Shown here: positions 62,251-64,000 of the stretch, piece by piece
How the letters are laid out: each line of letters starts with the position of its first letter
Position numbering within the stretch: the first letter of the stretch is position 1
DNA from: an uncultured Clostridia bacterium
GTDB lineage: Bacteria; Bacillota; Clostridia; Christensenellales; Borkfalkiaceae
Direction: 5' to 3'
Assembly (NCBI GenBank): GCA_944368065.1
Contig: CALVWV010000010.1
Span: 46,534 to 110,533 of the forward strand
Length of the DNA: 64,000 nucleotides
Position numbers and translations under genes: made by a program
Notes under the pieces: generated by a model
Told to the model about the DNA's origin: nothing
The model's input: the letters and a program-made list of their open reading frames with translations, nothing else
The model's database searches: none

Positions 62251-62311
62251 AAGTAAAAGCTCCGCTTGGCGGAGCTTTTTTGTTTAGGAAAAAGGTGCGG
62301 GAGTCGGACCC
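62233..62311 (+). repeat. Repeat unit 1: tRNA-Gly 3' 16 nt, terminator, then an 18-nt antisense copy of the tRNA T-arm/acceptor (ggtgcgggagtcggaccc)
   Basis: About 95% identical to 62414..62490. 62294..62311 is the reverse complement of 62225..62243 apart from one base. Confidence 0.9.
62258..62282 (+). terminator. Rho-independent terminator after tRNA-Gly
   Basis: agctccgc/gcggagct stem plus TTTTTT. Confidence 0.8.
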
Positions 62312-62413
62312 TGAGAGGGGATTTTGCGAAGAAGCGCGCAGCACAGTGCGCTGCGCGCCGCAAAATCAGACGAGCGCCCGCGCGCAAAGTCGGCAGATTG
62401 AAAAAAATCTGCG

Positions 62414-62490
62414 CTCCCGTCACCTGCTCAAAAGTAAAAGCTCCGTTTGGCGGAGCTTTTTTGTTTAGAAAAGGTGCGGGAGTCGGACCC
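62414..62490 (+). repeat. Repeat unit 2 (partial tRNA-Gly 3' end with CCA mutated to CAA, terminator, antisense segment)
   Basis: See unit 1. The terminator copy is at 62439..62462. Confidence 0.9.
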
Positions 62491-63105
62491 TGCAGAGTAT
62501 TGCTATGAAGACAGGGAAGTCGGGCGCACTTTTAAAGTGCGCCCGACTTAAATTAAAGGAGGGAGTAATGCATTTGTCTACTGAGTGATGCATTTGTATT
62601 CTTATACTTTGTGATTTTATTCTAATACTAAACTGTTAACTTTTCAAGATTAATAGCGTAAAATGTAATTTTTCTAACATAAAATGCAATTTAAAGTGCT
62701 AAAGTGCTTTTAATTTTACATATTCTGCTGATTTTCATAAACCAGATTACAAAACCGGCATAATCTGTCGTTTGTCGGTATGATGAAAAAGAGCTTTTCA
62801 CGTCAAATAATTATACCGATATTTCTGCATAATTGCATAAATATAAGTGTGGTGGTTTTGTGAAATTTTTGCCTATAAGTTTTACGTATATACTATATAT
62901 ATAATTACGTATATGTAAACTTTGAAAAGTAGCAAAGAATTGTTTGACTTTCGCGTGAAATAATTTGTATAATATGTTGAGACAAAAGATGGTACATTAA
63001 TCAGATTATAGAAATTCAGTTGATATTCAGTCTGTCCGAAAAGAGAAAAAGACTTTTCGGGCGTTTTTGATGTGACTGCGAAAGTTTCGACAGCGTGAGG
63101 TACTT

Positions 63106-64000
63106 ATGAATCAAATCTTGAAAAAATTCGGCATTCTTCTATTTGCGTTTGCAGCGGTCATCTGCCTTGGCGTTGCTGCCGCTTGCGTCAATGAAGACAG
63201 TAATGGTGACAAAGATACGGAAGTTACCGTAACGCTTGTAAGCGAAACTTCCGAATCGAAAGAGTTCACGGTCAAGCCCGGCGACGCTCTTCCCGTTGTC
63301 ACCGTTGAAGATAAAGATTTTGAAGGATACTGGACAGATTCTTCATACTCAGCTCGCTATACGGGCACTACGGTTCCCTCCAGCGATATAACTTTATATT
63401 ATAAGCTCAATTCCCAGTACTATACAGTAATTATAGATTACGGCACGGACGGCTCGTTCACTTACGAAAACCTTTGCCGCGGAGAGGATGAGGGGCTTCC
63501 CGAATTATCGCCCGCAGGTACTGTACTTGAGGGCTTCGCTATTGAAAAGGGCGGCGAGGTTGTATATCCCGCAGGCGAACCTGTCCGCAATCTTGCAGAA
63601 AAAGACGGTACGGTAACCCTTTATGCAGTATGCGAAACAGACGATGCGGACGATTATGTTATAGAAAACGGCGTGCTTGTTGCATATAAGGGCGACGCGA
63701 CGGAACTTACGCTTCCTTCCGGTGCCACAACGATTGCAGCAGGCGCTTTTGCTGAAAATCTTGACAATAAATTAATAACGTCTGTTACTGTTCCTTCCAG
63801 CTATACCAAGATAGAGTGCGGCGCGTTTGAAGGACTTGACAATCTTCAGTCGCTCACCGTTCCGTTCATCGGCGAAAGCAGGACAAAAAACCGCTTCCTT
63901 GCCTATATGTTCGGCGCTGAAAAATATGAGGATAACAGCTATTCGTTCTCTCTCTATTCTGACGGCACGAACTTCTATGTCGGCAACGAGAATTTTGATT
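63106..64000 (+). CDS. Secreted/lipoprotein-like surface protein with Listeria-Bacteroides (InlB B-type) repeats and BspA-type leucine-rich repeats (5' partial, runs off the window)
   Basis: ATG 63106 after GTGAGG. Signal peptide MNQILKKFGILLFAFAAVICLGVAAAC. Motifs ..FEGYWTD.. and ..IAAGAF..ITSVTVPSSYTKIECGAFEGL..L.SLTVP. The frame is open to the window end, so it is absent from the ORF track. Confidence 0.75.
   Translation, partial: MNQILKKFGILLFAFAAVICLGVAAACVNEDSNGDKDTEVTVTLVSETSESKEFTVKPGDALPVVTVEDKDFEGYWTDSSYSARYTGTTVPSSDITLYYKLNSQYYTVIIDYGTDGSFTYENLCRGEDEGLPELSPAGTVLEGFAIEKGGEVVYPAGEPVRNLAEKDGTVTLYAVCETDDADDYVIENGVLVAYKGDATELTLPSGATTIAAGAFAENLDNKLITSVTVPSSYTKIECGAFEGLDNLQSLTVPFIGESRTKNRFLAYMFGAEKYEDNSYSFSLYSDGTNFYVGNENFD

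Noticed and set aside
61653-62508. Short ORFs (64-113 aa) across the tRNA-associated repeats: 61653..61847, 62127..62468, 62187..62423 and 62266..62508.
   Set aside because: They run through tRNA genes and terminators, lack ribosome-binding sites, and are Arg/Ala-rich translations of GC-rich hairpins.

Overview
This window looks like a core chromosomal segment of a spore-forming Firmicutes/Clostridia-like bacterium. About 55 credible CDS sit in tight, often translationally coupled operons, separated by AT-rich intergenic regions with clear rho-independent terminators.

Main blocks:
- The conserved rimP-nusA-ylxR-ylxQ-infB-rbfA-nrnA-truB-ribF operon (39..9002).
- efp and dtd.
- Two tandem AEC-family transporters.
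- sigG.
- A folate operon, folC-folE-folP-folBK, behind a THF-riboswitch-like leader.
- ppx, maf and an mreB-like gene, then lepA and hemW.
- A 7TM-sensor two-component system.
- guaB and guaA.
- comEC-holA, then cdaA, a DUF1015 gene and aspartate kinase.
- A glycosyltransferase plus collagen-like (BclA-type) spore-surface module.
- Three tRNA genes.

I found no rRNA, CRISPR array, transposase, integrase or reverse transcriptase.

Most interesting:
1. A two-gene helicase block (43444..51784) sits between trmH and comEC. It holds a HelD-like helicase and a 1876-aa protein with DUF4011, an Upf1-like SF1 helicase, a Vsr/DUF559-like nuclease and DUF3320. This is the best candidate here for an accessory or defence-type function.
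2. All three tRNA genes share an unexplained architecture. Each is followed by a terminator, then an antisense copy of its own 3' end, a ~100-nt GC-rich multi-hairpin spacer, and a second partial 3'-end/terminator copy. Two of these tRNAs are themselves non-canonical: Pro-like with anticodon AGG and U1:A72, and Gly(CCC) with T-loop UCCGACU.
3. RibF is fused to a 277-aa repeat-built acidic tail.
4. cdaR is reduced to a 36-codon membrane-anchor ORF.
5. ComEC has a degenerate metallo-beta-lactamase domain.

All calls come from reading the sequence and ORF translations and from remembered family motifs. No database search was run.
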